Notes under the pieces: generated by a model
Database searches by the model: none
What the model saw: only the letters and a program-made list of their open reading frames with translations
Told to the model about the DNA's origin: nothing
Translations under genes and position numbers: made by a program
NCBI RefSeq assembly: GCF_020745735.1
Contig: NC_083420.1
Span: forward strand, 51,217,931-51,281,930
Origin: Hemiscyllium ocellatum
Taxonomy: Eukaryota
Length of the DNA stretch: 64,000 bases
Direction of reading: 5' to 3'
Shown here: in pieces, positions 63,020 through 64,000 of the stretch
Numbering within the stretch: position 1 is the first letter of the stretch
Layout of the letters: each line of letters starts with the position of its first letter

Positions 63020-63359
63020 GTTTAGAATCTATACCATAATAAAATACCTTGTGCAAATATATGTTATTGTTGAAGTGGGAATAACATTGACAAGCAAACT
63101 GGCAATGAATTACATTTATATAATGCCTTTTCCAACCACATATAAGGCACGTTCAACTAGAGAAGGGGCAATGGGGATGAGTGATCATGAACTTAAGTCA
63201 AAAATTGGGATTTGAAGAGAATGGGGATAAAAATTCCGGGGAATAGTATTTGGGAAATCTTGCCTTTGAACACATTCCATGCTGTGGGCTGTTGTTTTCT
63301 AAATGTTGTTCCTAAAGTCAAACTCGACATTGAAATCAACGGGAGAGATCAATTGCTCG

Positions 63360-63520
63360 ACACCCGATTGCACCAGGCTGGGGGCGGGGCTCCCGTTGAT
63401 TGACCCGATCTCTACCAATCACACGGAGCGTTCCGGAAAGAGTGGTCCAATCGCAACCTGGACATCTGTACCGCAGCCAATGGTGCTATGTGTGGGCGGG
63501 ACACTTCCCAACCGGAAGCA
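63360..63520. promoter_or_regulatory. Promoter-like element with triple CCAAT, GC boxes and ETS site
   Basis: GGGGCGGGGC 63381-63390; CCAAT at 63415, 63447, 63477; GGGCGGG 63494-63500; CCGGAAG 63512-63518; locally CpG-rich. Confidence 0.65.
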
Positions 63521-63721
63521 CATGGAGACAAATGGAAGGAGCTGGTTTCAAGGAGAAATGTTTATTAAATATCCTCAAAGATGTGTAGATTCTCTACTGT
63601 TGGGATAATTTTTGGTGGGTATCTCATCCTGTGTTATTATATTTAGCCACTAGTTCTCTGCAGACACTGACTTTTCATGTCAGTGTAGAAAGTGCTGGAG
63701 AAACTCAGCATCTGGGAAATT

Positions 63722-64000
63722 TATTGATTTATCGTTGTCACATGTGCCAAGATACAGTGAAAAATATTGTTTGTGTGCTACATAAGCAGATCGTATCATA
63801 CAAGTGCACCAGGGTAGCGGGACAGAGTGCAGAATACAATGTTACAGCTGCAGAGAGAGATCAGTGTTACCATTAAAGAGGTCTATTCAAAAGTTGGGGA
63901 AGAAGGTGTTCTTGAATTTATGTGCCTGCATATTCAAATTTTTATATCTTCTGCCTGCTGGAAGAGAGTATAACCAGGGTGGGAGGGATCTTTGATTATG
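63722..64000 (-). mobile_element. Probable Rex1/Babar LINE 3' remnant
   Basis: TTTTCACTGTATCTTGGCACATGTGACAA..ATAAATCAAT tail and upstream GRRY/LKN-F-P-like remnants. Confidence 0.5.

Noticed and set aside
60000-64000. PTCD1 exons expected from human synteny
   Set aside because: No PTCD1-like peptide could be recognised in this interval.

Overview
Eukaryotic, repeat-rich DNA that looks like a cartilaginous fish (shark): HE1-type tRNA-derived SINEs, many HER1/CR1-type LINE fragments, Penelope-like elements, Tx1, RTE, Rex1, piggyBac, pogo and Harbinger remnants. Two convergent multi-exon genes can be rebuilt by hand. CPSF4 (CPSF30) is complete on the minus strand (8 coding exons, 59623->44218, 272 aa). 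An unusually diverged ATP5MF (ATP synthase subunit f) lies on the plus strand (4 coding exons, 13541->38410, 89 aa; exon 1 less certain). This matches the human ATP5MF/CPSF4 tail-to-tail arrangement. The most interesting non-gene signal is a set of minimal type I hammerhead ribozymes carried by three different Penelope families. They share one architecture but have fully covarying helices. They also occur in many short (130-700 bp), TSD-flanked, mostly fold-back insertions whose symmetry centre usually sits on the ribozyme, including one sense-strand copy in CPSF4 intron 6. Other features: a 7x39-bp GC-rich minisatellite with a potential uORF ahead of the CPSF4 start codon, a young Tx1 insertion with a 16-bp TSD behind the CPSF4 promoter, and an orphan triple-CCAAT promoter near 63.4 kb. 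All calls come from reading the sequence and from recalled family knowledge; no searches or folding programs were run.
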